A stretch of DNA of 64,000 nucleotides, from contig CAYFPQ010000003.1 of NCBI GenBank assembly GCA_964345005.1, positions 1,479-65,478 on the forward strand. Direction: 5' to 3'. Shown in pieces: positions 1 to 9,811 of the stretch. How positions within the stretch are numbered: the first letter of the stretch is position 1; the number at the start of each line of letters is the position of its first letter. This DNA is from an uncultured Victivallales bacterium (GTDB lineage: Bacteria; Verrucomicrobiota; Kiritimatiellia; UBA8416; JABMPJ01). The position numbers and the translations under genes were made by a program. The notes under the pieces were generated by a model. The model did no database searches. It was not told the origin of the DNA and saw nothing but the letters and a program-made list of their open reading frames with translations.

Positions 1-336
1 GCCTCCGCCAACACCGGCGTAGGGCGAAATGGAGTTCAGCTGCCACTGGACGAGGAAAGCAGCCTCCAACTGGGTGCTGCTGTAAGACCCCTTGTACTGC
101 TCTTCATCGATCATGAGGTCGTAGTCACCGGAGATACGGCTGACCCCCACGTAGGTGGCCAGCATGTCCGAGATGTCGAACATGTGGGAGACGTATCCCC
201 CGACACCATCATCCATGTCACCGATAGGCGACAATACGCCAATACCAGCACCAACCCGATGTCCTTGCGCCATAACCGGGGAAACCACCATGGCGAACGC
301 AATCGCGATCAAAACAGCTACGGATACCTTGTGCAT
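1..336 (-). CDS. Outer-membrane beta-barrel protein, 5' partial (N-terminal 112 aa; continues past the window start)
   Basis: Minus-strand ATG at 336..334 preceded by GGAGAG. Translation MHKVSVAVLIAIAFAMVVSPVMAQG (signal peptide) followed by a Gly/aromatic-rich stretch typical of OmpA-like barrels. The frame stays open to base 1. Not in the ORF track because no stop lies in the window. Confidence 0.45.
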   Translation of the reverse strand, partial: MHKVSVAVLIAIAFAMVVSPVMAQGHRVGAGIGVLSPIGDMDDGVGGYVSHMFDISDMLATYVGVSRISGDYDLMIDEEQYKGSYSSTQLEAAFLVQWQLNSISPYAGVGGG

Positions 337-461
337 GCTTCTCTCCTCAAGTTCCAGTTCACTCCACGTCACAAAACCGTTGGCAGCAGACTACCGACTG
401 CACCCCGTGAGCGCAAACAGGAAAATCGGCCCATCACCACGTCAGTCCGTTTCCTCCACTG

Positions 462-2369
462 TCAAGACTGCGCAAGAAGAGGAGGCATTGGACATTCAAG
501 CGCATCTGCCACGGCCCGGATGAGCTCGGCCTCTTCGACCGTTATCCGGTTGTCGGATGCCACACAGTGCACACAGGCATCCAGCACATCCTTGCGCAGC
601 GTATGTGTAGCCCCGACCAATGTATCGAGTGCACGGTCAACCGAATCAAGCCCGCACGTATCGAGAGGCGCCAGTTTCAACACCTTACCCAGCCGCACTG
701 CACCAGCCTGGAAGGCGCGATCGGCATCCCCATCCTCGTCCGCCCCCCAGTAGGCCAGACAGGAAAGGAGGGACGTACAGGCGTCCTGCACAGACTCCAA
801 CGTCTTGTGATGAATAGCGGTCGAAGGAACCTTCTCGAACACCGGGGCAAGACCCCTACTCAACATGCGACGCAACGCAAACTCGAACAGATCCACCTGC
901 TGATCGGCCAGCACCAAACTGCGGACGTTCTCCGAGAACACGGCGTAATCGTCCGGACTCAGAGCGCGCAGCGCCACCACGCTCATATCCGCCACGGGCA
1001 GGCGATACTCGGGTCCCATCTGGTATACGGCGTCACCCAGCGAGTCCATTGCGGCGAGAACGGTCTCTCCTGCATGAGCACGCAGATGCTCCCGCTGTCG
1101 GCCGCGCACGTCCTCCTTGCGATCCAACAGCAGCGCATAGACCGTTGCCGTGGCACCAACCGGTGTGCGAACGGCCTCATTAATGGCTGCAGGAAGGTTC
1201 TCCAGCAAGTGGTGAGCATAGGTAAGGTGGTCCGCGCCGGGCGCGCCCACGGATGCCACGACCTCATCCGGCTCGACAGCGAAGGACGCCATGCCGCTGA
1301 CACCCGCCACCTCCGGGGTACCGCCCGAATGCATCTGAGGCGTCTCCGTGTCCACGCCCTGCAACAGTGAGGCATCGATACGGTCGATACGCTCCTCAAG
1401 TGGCGGATGCGTTGCCATAAGTCCCATGAGCGAGTTGCGCAATCCATTGGCAAAGAAGAAATGACTGGCCTCTTCCGCGTGCGAGTTCGCGATGCGAGAT
1501 CCTTCCGACCAACCTCCGATCTTCCTGAGCGCGCCGCCGATTCCCTGTGGGTTGCGCGTGAACTGGACCGCCGACGCATCGGCAAGGAACTCTCGTTGCC
1601 GGGACACGGCGCTCTTGATGAGTTTGCCGAAGAAGACACCGATATAGCCGACCGCCATCAGCACCAACCCCAACACCACGATAGGAAGGTTCCCGCTCTC
1701 CTTGCTGCTGGAAAAACGACTGCGATGGCGCGCCCCCGCGGTGGCACGTACGATGCCATAGCCAATCAGGGCAATCACAAGAATGCCGTGGAGCACACCG
1801 ATGAGCCGGATGTTGAGACGCATGTCGCCGTTGAGGATGTGGCTGAACTCGTGCGCCATGACGCCCTGCAGCTCGTCACGCGATAGCTGCTCGATGCTAC
1901 CTCGCGTAACGCCGATCACAGCGCTTGAGGGCGAAAGTCCGGCCGCAAACGCGTTGATCGAAGCATCCTCCATGAGGAATACCGGAGGAACAGGAACACC
2001 GGAGGCGATGGCCATCTCCTCGACCACGTTAAGTACCTTGCGCTGCTGCGGCTTCTTCGTTCCCGGATCGATCAGCTTACCGCCCAACATACGCGCCACG
2101 GCTTCGCCGCCGGAGGATAGCTGCGCAACCTTATAAAGCGTACCGATAAGCACCACCGCCAGCGTGCCGCCTATCACCCATAGCGCCAACACGGGGTTCC
2201 ATAGCTGTGCGACCTCAACACCGTCCCCGGCCCTGGCCTTCGCACCAAGAAACGTGAAGGCGAAGGCAAGGTAGACCCCTACGATAATCAAGGCCACGGC
2301 AAGCGCGTAGTACGCCACCAGCAGCGACGTCTTGCGCCGCGCAACATCCTGGCTTTCGAAGAAGTCCAT
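462..2369 (-). CDS. M48-family zinc metallopeptidase (HtpX-like) with N-terminal TM helices and an extended C-terminal domain
   Basis: HEFSHILNGD (HExxH) motif, N-terminal hydrophobic helices, 635 aa. Adjacent to a LemA gene, the classic LemA-HtpX pairing. Confidence 0.75.
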   Translation of the reverse strand: MDFFESQDVARRKTSLLVAYYALAVALIIVGVYLAFAFTFLGAKARAGDGVEVAQLWNPVLALWVIGGTLAVVLIGTLYKVAQLSSGGEAVARMLGGKLIDPGTKKPQQRKVLNVVEEMAIASGVPVPPVFLMEDASINAFAAGLSPSSAVIGVTRGSIEQLSRDELQGVMAHEFSHILNGDMRLNIRLIGVLHGILVIALIGYGIVRATAGARHRSRFSSSKESGNLPIVVLGLVLMAVGYIGVFFGKLIKSAVSRQREFLADASAVQFTRNPQGIGGALRKIGGWSEGSRIANSHAEEASHFFFANGLRNSLMGLMATHPPLEERIDRIDASLLQGVDTETPQMHSGGTPEVAGVSGMASFAVEPDEVVASVGAPGADHLTYAHHLLENLPAAINEAVRTPVGATATVYALLLDRKEDVRGRQREHLRAHAGETVLAAMDSLGDAVYQMGPEYRLPVADMSVVALRALSPDDYAVFSENVRSLVLADQQVDLFEFALRRMLSRGLAPVFEKVPSTAIHHKTLESVQDACTSLLSCLAYWGADEDGDADRAFQAGAVRLGKVLKLAPLDTCGLDSVDRALDTLVGATHTLRKDVLDACVHCVASDNRITVEEAELIRAVADALECPMPPLLAQS

Positions 2370-2388
2370 GGCAGACCGAATGCGCTGG

Positions 2389-2976
2389 CTAGAACTCGAC
2401 CTTTACGGCTTCACGTTCGGCTTCGGACGAGACCTCGAAGAGCGCGGCCTCACCGAACCCAAGAGCACCGGCAATCAGTACCGTCGGGAAAGTCTCCCGC
2501 GCCGTGTTGTAGACCATGACCGCATCGTTGTAGGCTTGGCGGGAAAACGCGATCTTGTTCTCGGTTGAGGTCAGCTCCTCCATAAGCTGCGACATATTCT
2601 GGTTAGCTTTCAGATCGGGATAGCTCTCGACCAGGGCGAACAGCTTACCCATGGCGCCGGTCAGGGCCGCCTCGGCGCCCAGGAGCCCGGCCATGGCAGT
2701 CGGTTCGCCGGGGGCAGCGGCGGCCTTCTCGTTCGCGGATGCGGCCTGGTTGCGTGCCGCGATAACCGCTTCGAGCGTCTCGCGCTCGTGTTGCATGTAG
2801 GCCTTGGCTGTCTCAACCAGGTTGGGCACCAGGTCATAACGCCGTTTGAGTTGCACGTCAATCTGGGCGAAGGCGTTCTTGAAACGGTTCTTGAGCCGGA
2901 CCAGCTTGTTGTACAAGCCGGCAACGACCAAACCCAAAACCACAACAACGGCAATAACGATGAGTAATGGAAGCAT
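2389..2976 (-). CDS. lemA: LemA family protein
   Basis: N-terminal TM followed by LYNKLVRLKNRFKNAFAQIDVQLKRRYDLVPNLVETAKAY, the LemA signature. 195 aa. Confidence 0.8.
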   Translation of the reverse strand: MLPLLIVIAVVVVLGLVVAGLYNKLVRLKNRFKNAFAQIDVQLKRRYDLVPNLVETAKAYMQHERETLEAVIAARNQAASANEKAAAAPGEPTAMAGLLGAEAALTGAMGKLFALVESYPDLKANQNMSQLMEELTSTENKIAFSRQAYNDAVMVYNTARETFPTVLIAGALGFGEAALFEVSSEAEREAVKVEF

Positions 2977-3035
2977 GGCACACTCCTTATGTCAGGAGTC
3001 ACCATAACGAAAGAGAATGGGGTTCACAACGGCAA

Positions 3036-3245
3036 TCACCGTCGGCCATCATGAATCATTTCGCTGGAAACACGGGCATTGGCAATCACGCCCACCAGCA
3101 GGAGAGAGCCGCCTATGCAGCCAACATACAGGGCCGTCTGCCCACTTATGTCGACCAGGCTCAATAGCAGAGCGAAAAGCACGAGAATAAAACCAAGGAC
3201 ACTCGCCGATGCCGCGCCTGCCTGCCTTCGTTCGAGCCTACCCAT
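3036..3245 (-). CDS. Small hypothetical membrane protein (69 aa)
   Basis: Internal ATG at 3245 in ORF 3036..3425. Two predicted TM helices (VLGFILVLFALLLSLV, CIGGSLLLVGVIA). No homology recognised. Confidence 0.25.
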   Translation of the reverse strand: MGRLERRQAGAASASVLGFILVLFALLLSLVDISGQTALYVGCIGGSLLLVGVIANARVSSEMIHDGRR

Positions 3246-3406
3246 GGCTAATAGTTTCCTTGTACTTACCTCTACCTTCAACCTAGAGTATACGCCGCAG
3301 GATGCGGGCTGGATATAGTGCTTTGGTCCCATGCCGGCAGGGCCGCAGAGGTACACCAGATAAGGGCCCCCGAAAGAGATGCTGAAATCATGGAGTTGTG
3401 TGACTG

Positions 3407-4057
3407 ATGGGTGATTCTGCTCCAACCGTGAAAGAGGAAAGATCCGTCTACGTTGTTGATGACGAGGACTCCGTGCGCTCAGGAATGGCCAAGCTGCTTC
3501 TTTCTGAGGGATACAACGTCAGAACGTTCGACTCTGCCGAGGCGTTTCTCGACAAGGGCATCGACGACCAGATCGCCTGCGTCGTTCTCGATCTTCAGAT
3601 GCCCGGCCTGAGCGGATTGGAACTCCAGGAACACCTGCTCCAGGTCGGTCGTGAGTTGCCTATTGTCTTTGTCACGGGGCACGGCGAAATTCCAGACAGC
3701 GTGCGCGCTATGAAACAGGGCGCCATCGATTTTCTGTCTAAACCTTTCATCCCCACTGCCCTGCTCGATGCCGTCGCCCAGGCAATCGAGAAAGGCAAGC
3801 ACCTCAACGCGGAACGTGCCGCTGCCAGGCGAATCCAGGAACGCGTGGACCGCTTGACCCCAAGAGAACATGAAGTCATGCGCCATGTCGTCGCGGGATT
3901 GCTCAACAAGCAGATTGCCTCCGCTTTGAGCATCAGCGAGAAGACTATCAAGATCCATCGTGCCCGTGTCATGTCGAAGATGGAAGTCACATCGGTTGCA
4001 GACCTCGTTCGTGACACGGAACGCGTCGGGGTAGAGCCAGCCAAACCATCGCTATAG
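3407..4057 (+). CDS. LuxR/FixJ-family response regulator (REC plus LuxR HTH)
   Basis: Receiver motifs VYVVDDE...VVLDLQMPG...SKPF. C-terminal LTPREHEVMRHVVAGLLNKQIASALSISEKTIKIHRARVMSKM (LuxR-type HTH). Confidence 0.8.
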   Translation: MGDSAPTVKEERSVYVVDDEDSVRSGMAKLLLSEGYNVRTFDSAEAFLDKGIDDQIACVVLDLQMPGLSGLELQEHLLQVGRELPIVFVTGHGEIPDSVRAMKQGAIDFLSKPFIPTALLDAVAQAIEKGKHLNAERAAARRIQERVDRLTPREHEVMRHVVAGLLNKQIASALSISEKTIKIHRARVMSKMEVTSVADLVRDTERVGVEPAKPSL

Positions 4058-4082
4058 AGCACTGCTCACGGATCGCCGTCTC

Positions 4083-4940
4083 ATGTTTGACCTGAACAAC
4101 TATCTATCCGAGCGCCGCTCCCAGGTGGAGACAGCCCTCGACCGGTTTCTTCCAGACGCAGACACACAGCCTGGCGTGCTCCACGAGGCAATGCGCTATG
4201 CCGTGTTCACCGGAGGGAAGCGGCTACGTCCTATCCTGTGCATGGCTGCGGCGGAAGCGTGTGGTGGTGAAGCCGACGCGGCCCTCCTGCCCGGCTGTGC
4301 TGTCGAGGTGCTTCATACCTACACACTGGTGCACGATGACCTGCCGTGCATGGACGACGATGATGAGCGTCGAGGCAAGCCCACCGTGCACGTGGCTTTC
4401 GGCGAGACCAACGCGGTCCTGGCTGGCGACGCGTTGCAGGCGCTGGCTTTTGAACTGGTCGGCCGCACGCCATCGACGAACCGGTGGAGCGCATCCGATT
4501 TCGTGAAGGAACTCGCCATTGCCGCGGGCAGCAAAGGGGTTGTGGGAGGACAGGTGGCTGACCTTGGAGTGGCCGGACGCAGGCCGTCGACCGAAGAGAT
4601 CGCCTTTATCCATGAGCACAAGACGGCTGATCTCTTCCGTGCCGCGCTCCGTCTGGGCGCCATGGCCGCCAACGGTTCGGCTGAACGCGTAGAGGCACTG
4701 GGTCGCTACGCACTCGCCCTGGGGCTGGCCTTCCAGATCACGGACGACCTTCTGGATGCGCCGACAACTGACACCGCTCCCGCCGAAGCATCCTACCTCA
4801 GCGTAGCCGATCAAGCCTCCGCACAGGCGGAAGCCGAAAAGCTGGCAGCCGATGCCATCCAAACGCTCTCCGTGTGCGAGACCGAGGGAGCCCAGCCGCT
4901 CGCAGCCATCGCGCGGTATGTTCCCAACCGGACTCACTAG
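4083..4940 (+). CDS. ispA: Polyprenyl synthetase (farnesyl/geranylgeranyl diphosphate synthase)
   Basis: First Asp-rich motif LVHDDLPCMDDDDERRGKPT and second motif FQITDDLLD. GGKRLRP present. Confidence 0.8.
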   Translation: MFDLNNYLSERRSQVETALDRFLPDADTQPGVLHEAMRYAVFTGGKRLRPILCMAAAEACGGEADAALLPGCAVEVLHTYTLVHDDLPCMDDDDERRGKPTVHVAFGETNAVLAGDALQALAFELVGRTPSTNRWSASDFVKELAIAAGSKGVVGGQVADLGVAGRRPSTEEIAFIHEHKTADLFRAALRLGAMAANGSAERVEALGRYALALGLAFQITDDLLDAPTTDTAPAEASYLSVADQASAQAEAEKLAADAIQTLSVCETEGAQPLAAIARYVPNRTH

Positions 4941-5038
4941 TAGCACAGGTTGCGTTTCACCAAAAAAGTCACTTGACCCTCCGCGCCGATGATGCAAAAA
5001 GGGCTGTGAACTGAACAGTCTGCCAGGGAGTATGCGTT

Positions 5039-5440
5039 ATGACAGAGCCAGCGGATGCAAGGTTTACACCAAAGCATGAGTGGGTTCGCGTTGACGGTGA
5101 CGAGCTAGTTGTTGGTGCCAGCGACTACGTCCCGCACCACCTTTCTGATGTTATCCACGTCGAATTGCCAGAGCCTGACGACCATCACTACGAAGAAGGT
5201 GAAGAGCTCTTGGTGCTGGAGTCGCTGGAAGACGCCATGGACTTGCACGCGCCCGTGTCGGGCACCGTTGTCGGCGTCAACCACAAGCTGCACCACAAGC
5301 CAGAGCTGATCAACGAAGACCCCTACGGTGCCGGATGGCTGCTGCGAATGCAGCCTGACAACATCAAGGACGTCGAGCACCTGATGGACTACCACGAGTA
5401 CGAAGTCGGTCTGCCGCCCGATCACGACGAGCATGATTGA
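5039..5440 (+). CDS. gcvH: Glycine-cleavage H-protein-like protein, with the lipoyl-Lys position occupied by Glu
   Basis: KHEWVRVDGDELVVGASDY and HAPVSGTVVGVN match GcvH. The canonical ESVKAASD segment reads ESLEDAMD here. Confidence 0.65.
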   Translation: MTEPADARFTPKHEWVRVDGDELVVGASDYVPHHLSDVIHVELPEPDDHHYEEGEELLVLESLEDAMDLHAPVSGTVVGVNHKLHHKPELINEDPYGAGWLLRMQPDNIKDVEHLMDYHEYEVGLPPDHDEHD

Positions 5441-6080
5441 TACGCACATTCTTATCGGGTCCACCATTGCCGCCTACCTGCTTGGGTCCACTCCCTTCGG
5501 CTACATCGTCGCCAAGGCCAAGGGGGTCGATATACGTACCGTGGGCAGCGGCAACATCGGTGCAACCAACGTCTTTCGAAGCGTCAGCAAAGGGTGGGGA
5601 ATCTTCACCTTTGCCTGTGATTTTCTAAAGGGGCTCTTACCGGTCCTGCTGCTTCCCCTGCTCGCGACTGAACTCGGTTTCACAGGGTCCTCCGATGGGC
5701 TGGAGCTGCTCTGCGGCACAGGGGCAATTGCCGGACATAACTGGCCGGTGTTCCTTCGGTTCAAGGGCGGCAAAGGAGTTGCGACGAGTGCCGGTGCCGT
5801 TCTGGGAATCGCGCCGGCCGCCGTCGGCCTCGGCCTGGCCGTGTGGGCCGTCTGTTTTGTCCTGCTCCGATATGTCTCACTGGCCTCCATGCTGGCCGCC
5901 GTGACCATCGCGATCGGGGCTTGGATCATGGGCCCCGTCCGCAACCAGTCATCCGCGCTGGTCCCGACTGCCATGAGTGTGATGGCTGCTTTGATCGTCC
6001 TGCGTCATCACGCCAACATCAGGCGGCTGCTGTCCGGCACCGAGAACCGGTTCACCTCTAAAAGGGACAAGTCGTCATGA
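5433..6080 (+). CDS. plsY: Glycerol-3-phosphate acyltransferase PlsY
   Basis: GSGNIGATNVFR motif, multi-TM protein, 215 aa. Upstream of gpsA. Confidence 0.85.
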   Translation: MIDTHILIGSTIAAYLLGSTPFGYIVAKAKGVDIRTVGSGNIGATNVFRSVSKGWGIFTFACDFLKGLLPVLLLPLLATELGFTGSSDGLELLCGTGAIAGHNWPVFLRFKGGKGVATSAGAVLGIAPAAVGLGLAVWAVCFVLLRYVSLASMLAAVTIAIGAWIMGPVRNQSSALVPTAMSVMAALIVLRHHANIRRLLSGTENRFTSKRDKSS

Positions 6081-7078
6081 TGAGTAAACGCGTGACGGTC
6101 GTCGGCGACGGTGGGTGGGGAACGGCACTTGCCCTTGTGCTCCATGGCAACGGCCATGATGTAACCGTGTGGGGACCGTTCGATGACGTTATCGACAGGG
6201 TAGCCGCTTCGCGGGAGAACGACACCTACCTCCCCGGCATCCCGCTTCCGGAGGGGATTGTCTGGACCGCGGATCGTCGGCAGGCGGCGCGAGACTGCGA
6301 GATCGCGGTTCTGGCCGTTCCCACCCGGTTTTTCCGTCGAGTCCTTGAGTCCTTTGCCGGCATGTTCCCGGACGATTGCCGCTTTGTGAGCGTGGCGAAG
6401 GGCCTCGACCAGGCCTCGCACGAACGCATGAGCGTGGTGGCTCGGAACATCCTGAGGTCCACCAGTGTTGCCGCGCTGTCGGGGCCAAGCCATGCCGAGG
6501 AGGTGGCGCGTGGGATACCCACGGCCGTCGTGATGGCATCCGAGGACCGCGAGCTGAGCCAGGAACTGCAGCAGGTTTTCGCCGCATCGCTGTTTCGCGT
6601 ATACTCATCCGACGATGTCATCGGGGTGGAGCTGGGCGGTGCGCTCAAGAACGTGATCGCCATCGCGGTGGGTATGGCTGACGGCCTCGGCTTCGGGGAC
6701 AACACACGGGCCGCACTCATTACGCGTGGCCTGGCAGAGATGACGCGCCTGGGCGTTGCCCTCGGCGCCAGCCCCACTACGTTTGCCGGGCTAAGCGGCA
6801 TGGGCGACCTGATCGTCACCTGCACCAGCCAACACAGCCGTAATCGAGGTGTCGGCGAGCGCATCGGCCGCGGCGAGCCCGTGGCCGACATCATGGACGG
6901 ATTCAAGCAGGCAGTCGAGGGCGTCTGGAACTGTGCGGCCGCGTCGGAGCTGGCAGCGGCCCTCTGCGTCGACGTTCCGGTCACGCGCGAGGTCTACGCC
7001 ATCGTCCACCAGAACAAGTCGCCCCAAGATGCGGTGCACTCGCTTCTCGAGCGGGACCTTAAGTCAGAGCACATGTAG
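6077..7078 (+). CDS. gpsA: NAD(P)H-dependent glycerol-3-phosphate dehydrogenase
   Basis: VVGDGGWGTALA Rossmann motif. KGLDQ, GALKNVIAIAVGMADGLGFGDNTRAALITRGLAEM. 4-nt overlap with plsY. Confidence 0.9.
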   Translation: MMSKRVTVVGDGGWGTALALVLHGNGHDVTVWGPFDDVIDRVAASRENDTYLPGIPLPEGIVWTADRRQAARDCEIAVLAVPTRFFRRVLESFAGMFPDDCRFVSVAKGLDQASHERMSVVARNILRSTSVAALSGPSHAEEVARGIPTAVVMASEDRELSQELQQVFAASLFRVYSSDDVIGVELGGALKNVIAIAVGMADGLGFGDNTRAALITRGLAEMTRLGVALGASPTTFAGLSGMGDLIVTCTSQHSRNRGVGERIGRGEPVADIMDGFKQAVEGVWNCAAASELAAALCVDVPVTREVYAIVHQNKSPQDAVHSLLERDLKSEHM

Positions 7079-7096
7079 CAACGGCACAACCCCGTG

Positions 7097-8893
7097 TCAG
7101 GCGTGCGCTTCTTCCGCCTTCGCGGTCCGCCGCCGCGAATGCAACATCTGCGCGATGGACACGCCCTGACTGACCGACCAGTAGAGCACAAGTGCCGATG
7201 GCATGCTGTAGAAGAGGAACAGCATCATGAACGGCATGAACATCATCATCTTCTGCTGTTGCGGGTCGCCACCCGACGGCGTCAGTTTCTGCTGCCAGAA
7301 CATCGTGCCCGCCATCACCAGGGGGAGAATGTTCAGTGATCCGACCACGGGAACCGCGCCCGCAAACAGGCCTTCCGGCTCGCTCAGGTCCGCGATCCAC
7401 AGAAACCCGGAGTAGCGTAATTCAACCGCACTACGCAGGACCGTAAAGAGCGCGATGAACACCGGCATCTGCACCAGAATGGGCAGGCAGCCGGCCATGG
7501 GATTGATCTTGTGCTCCTTGTAGAGCGCCATGACCTCCTGGTTCATCTTCTGGGGCTTATCCTTGTACTTCTCGCGAATTTCCTTCACGAGCGGTTGCAC
7601 CTTTTGCATCTCCTTCATGCTCTCAGTGCTCTTATGCGTGATTGGCCAGAAAAGCGTACGGACAATCAGCGTCAACAGAATGATCGCCACACCGTAGCCA
7701 CCCGGCACCACCGTCTGAATACCATTCAGGGTCGCCAGCAGGGCACGACACAACCAGCGGAACCACTGCCACCACGCATACAACATGACCTCGTCCTGCC
7801 GATTACCCAGCGTCTTGAGGATCTTGAACTTCTTGGGGCCCACGTAGTAATCCGCTTGTCGCGTCATACGCTCCCCAGCTCCAATGAGCTTGGACGCCAG
7901 CGTCACATCGGCCGACACATTACTGACGGCAAACCGCTTCGAGCCCACGGCTCGCGACGCATTGAGTGTGCATCCAATGGCGGGCTCTTCGGGAGCGAGG
8001 ATCTGGACAAAGAACTTATTCTTCGCCGCCACCCAGGTCTGTGGAGCTGCGATCTTCTGTTCAACGTTCTCCGGCATCTGATCAATAGGCATCCGGCTGC
8101 GCGAGCATCCCCCGCTGCTTCCCCCGAACAGCGCGGGTATGCTCTTCAGCGTCCCCTGCCCCTTGCGTCCCCAGCGTTGCACCTTGGCGCCGCCGCGATC
8201 GGCCAGCGTGTCCAGGCCAAGGTAGACTTGCCCGCGTGTATTGGCCTTCGTGCGAACGGCTTCCATCGCCCCCACGGCCAATGCATACTCAGGCAGCGCG
8301 ACGGGGCTGTTGCCATCATTGATGAAGGTGTCGGTCAGTTTCAGCCGGTAGTTCTCGCCCAGCTCCAGACGGCGTTCCAGGCGCAGCCCGCTCTCCGTTG
8401 CGCGGCTGAGCAGAACCGCATTGCCATAGTCGGCATACTTCAGCTCGTAGTCCTCTGCCGTGGAGAACCCGGCCAACCCCGAGAGCGACAGTGCAGGATG
8501 GCCGGAAAGATCGAGTACTACGGGGCCGCTGTCTTGCTCAACGGTTTCCGGGTAGTCTTTCAGCTCGACACGCGTAATGCCGCCCCCCCAGGACGACACC
8601 GTCACACCGGCCACGTCGTTCCTGAGCAGCAGCGTCTGCTCGGGCAGCGCGTGCTTCACCGGCTCACGTGCGGGAGCCGCCTCGACGACAGGTACGGGAG
8701 CCGCCGGGACATCAACTGCCGGCGAGGCGGGCGACGTGACGGGAGCGACAGCCTGCTCTACAGCATTGGTTGCCTCAGAAGTGGTCTCAACCGGGACCGG
8801 CGGACGTGAAGCGGCCTGTTGACGCTGGTAATACCCCCATCCCAACAGCCCAACAAAGAGGAGTACGACAATCGTGAGTTCTTGCTTATTCAT
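7097..8893 (-). CDS. yidC: Membrane protein insertase YidC
   Basis: Conserved C-terminal core WPITHKSTESMKEMQKVQPLVKEIREKYKDKPQKMNQEVMALYKEHKINPMAGCLPILVQMPVFIALF. Sits in the rpmH-rnpA-yidD-yidC context. Confidence 0.9.
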   Translation of the reverse strand: MNKQELTIVVLLFVGLLGWGYYQRQQAASRPPVPVETTSEATNAVEQAVAPVTSPASPAVDVPAAPVPVVEAAPAREPVKHALPEQTLLLRNDVAGVTVSSWGGGITRVELKDYPETVEQDSGPVVLDLSGHPALSLSGLAGFSTAEDYELKYADYGNAVLLSRATESGLRLERRLELGENYRLKLTDTFINDGNSPVALPEYALAVGAMEAVRTKANTRGQVYLGLDTLADRGGAKVQRWGRKGQGTLKSIPALFGGSSGGCSRSRMPIDQMPENVEQKIAAPQTWVAAKNKFFVQILAPEEPAIGCTLNASRAVGSKRFAVSNVSADVTLASKLIGAGERMTRQADYYVGPKKFKILKTLGNRQDEVMLYAWWQWFRWLCRALLATLNGIQTVVPGGYGVAIILLTLIVRTLFWPITHKSTESMKEMQKVQPLVKEIREKYKDKPQKMNQEVMALYKEHKINPMAGCLPILVQMPVFIALFTVLRSAVELRYSGFLWIADLSEPEGLFAGAVPVVGSLNILPLVMAGTMFWQQKLTPSGGDPQQQKMMMFMPFMMLFLFYSMPSALVLYWSVSQGVSIAQMLHSRRRTAKAEEAHA

Positions 8894-8907
8894 AGTACAA
8901 CTAGTCC

Positions 8908-9162
8908 TTAAGAGGAAGGTTCCGGTACAGGATCAACCCCGCCCGCGTGAAATGGATGACATTTGCAGATTCGGATGAACCCGAGCCAAAGCCCTTTCCA
9001 TACACCGAAACGTTTGACGGCATTCGCACAGTAATGCGAACAGGAGGGATGAAATCGACAGCAATCGCCCAGCCACGGCGAGATCGCCAACTGATAACCG
9101 CGCAGGAGCAGCAGCACTGCCGCGCGTAAGATATTGCCGATCAGCGACCTCATGCTTCTCAT
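8908..9162 (-). CDS. yidD: Membrane protein insertion efficiency factor YidD
   Basis: YQLAISPWLGDCCRFHPSCSHYCANAVKRFG signature. 84 aa. Confidence 0.85.
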   Translation of the reverse strand: MRSMRSLIGNILRAAVLLLLRGYQLAISPWLGDCCRFHPSCSHYCANAVKRFGVWKGLWLGFIRICKCHPFHAGGVDPVPEPSS

Positions 9163-9593
9163 TCCTGCTTCCCGTTCTCCCGCAACGCCCGGCAGCGCCG
9201 GGCTACCGCGTGAAGATCCCGCTCTACATCTCCGCGGTGCGCATCAAGGATCGCGCGGCGTGCCACGAGCACGCAGTCCGTATGTGGGGCCAAGTGATCG
9301 CGGTTCAGCCTGAACGCTTCTCGCAACAAGCGCTTGGCGCGAGCCCGATCAACCGCCCGCCGGAATGTACGCTTCGATGCAACAACCCCCACACGCGGCA
9401 CTTCGCACGGCCCTTCGGCAACCCATAACACCTGATACCGGCCGGCGCTTCGGCGGCCACCGGAAAAAATGCGCTGATAGTCTGCGCCGCGTACAATGCG
9501 GCGCGCGCGTGCGAATCCCCGGTCAATCTTGCCGGAGACTGGTAAAATGACGCTTTCAGGCGGCATCCCGGTCACATCGCCGGTGCTGCGCAT
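9159..9593 (-). CDS. rnpA: Ribonuclease P protein component
   Basis: Basic protein (RARRIVRGADYQRIF...VVASKRTFRRAVDRARAKRLLREAFR) immediately downstream of rpmH. The true start is probably internal to the ORF. Confidence 0.8.
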   Translation of the reverse strand: MRSTGDVTGMPPESVILPVSGKIDRGFARARRIVRGADYQRIFSGGRRSAGRYQVLWVAEGPCEVPRVGVVASKRTFRRAVDRARAKRLLREAFRLNRDHLAPHTDCVLVARRAILDAHRGDVERDLHAVARRCRALRENGKQE

Positions 9594-9595
9594 AC

Positions 9596-9730
9596 TCAGG
9601 CCGAGAGCTTGGCGCGCCCCTTGCGGCGACGAGCAGCGATAACAGCACGGCCGCCCGGTGTGGCCATACGCGCGCGAAACCCGATCTTGCGCTTGCGCTT
9701 CAGATTGGATGGCTGGTATGTGCGTTTCAT
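9596..9730 (-). CDS. rpmH: 50S ribosomal protein L34
   Basis: Manual translation of the minus strand gives [44 protein letters not shown] with a TGA stop. Below the ORF-track length cutoff. Confidence 0.9.
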   Translation of the reverse strand: MKRTYQPSNLKRKRKIGFRARMATPGGRAVIAARRRKGRAKLSA

Positions 9731-9811
9731 AAATCGATGTTTCCGTTCTGATTTGTGGTCAAAAGGCAGCGGAAGATAGCAGGTTCTGCATGAAAGTCAA
9801 GCGCCAGACGG

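Noticed and set aside
184-1370. Long ORFs on the + strand (184..753, 567..1370, 620..817) overlapping the M48 peptidase gene
   Set aside because: High-GC antisense or off-frame artefacts. Arg/Pro/Ser-rich translations with no motifs. The minus-strand M48 gene has a clear HExxH and TM architecture.
7511-8809. 432-aa + strand ORF opposite yidC; the long alternative-frame ORFs inside the secretin (36650..38881, 38885..39640, 39246..39893) and inside the giant adhesin gene (47906..48919, 50144..51163) are the same kind of call
   Set aside because: Antisense or shifted-frame ORFs typical of GC-rich DNA. Low-complexity R/H/P/S-rich products. The annotated frames carry recognisable domains.
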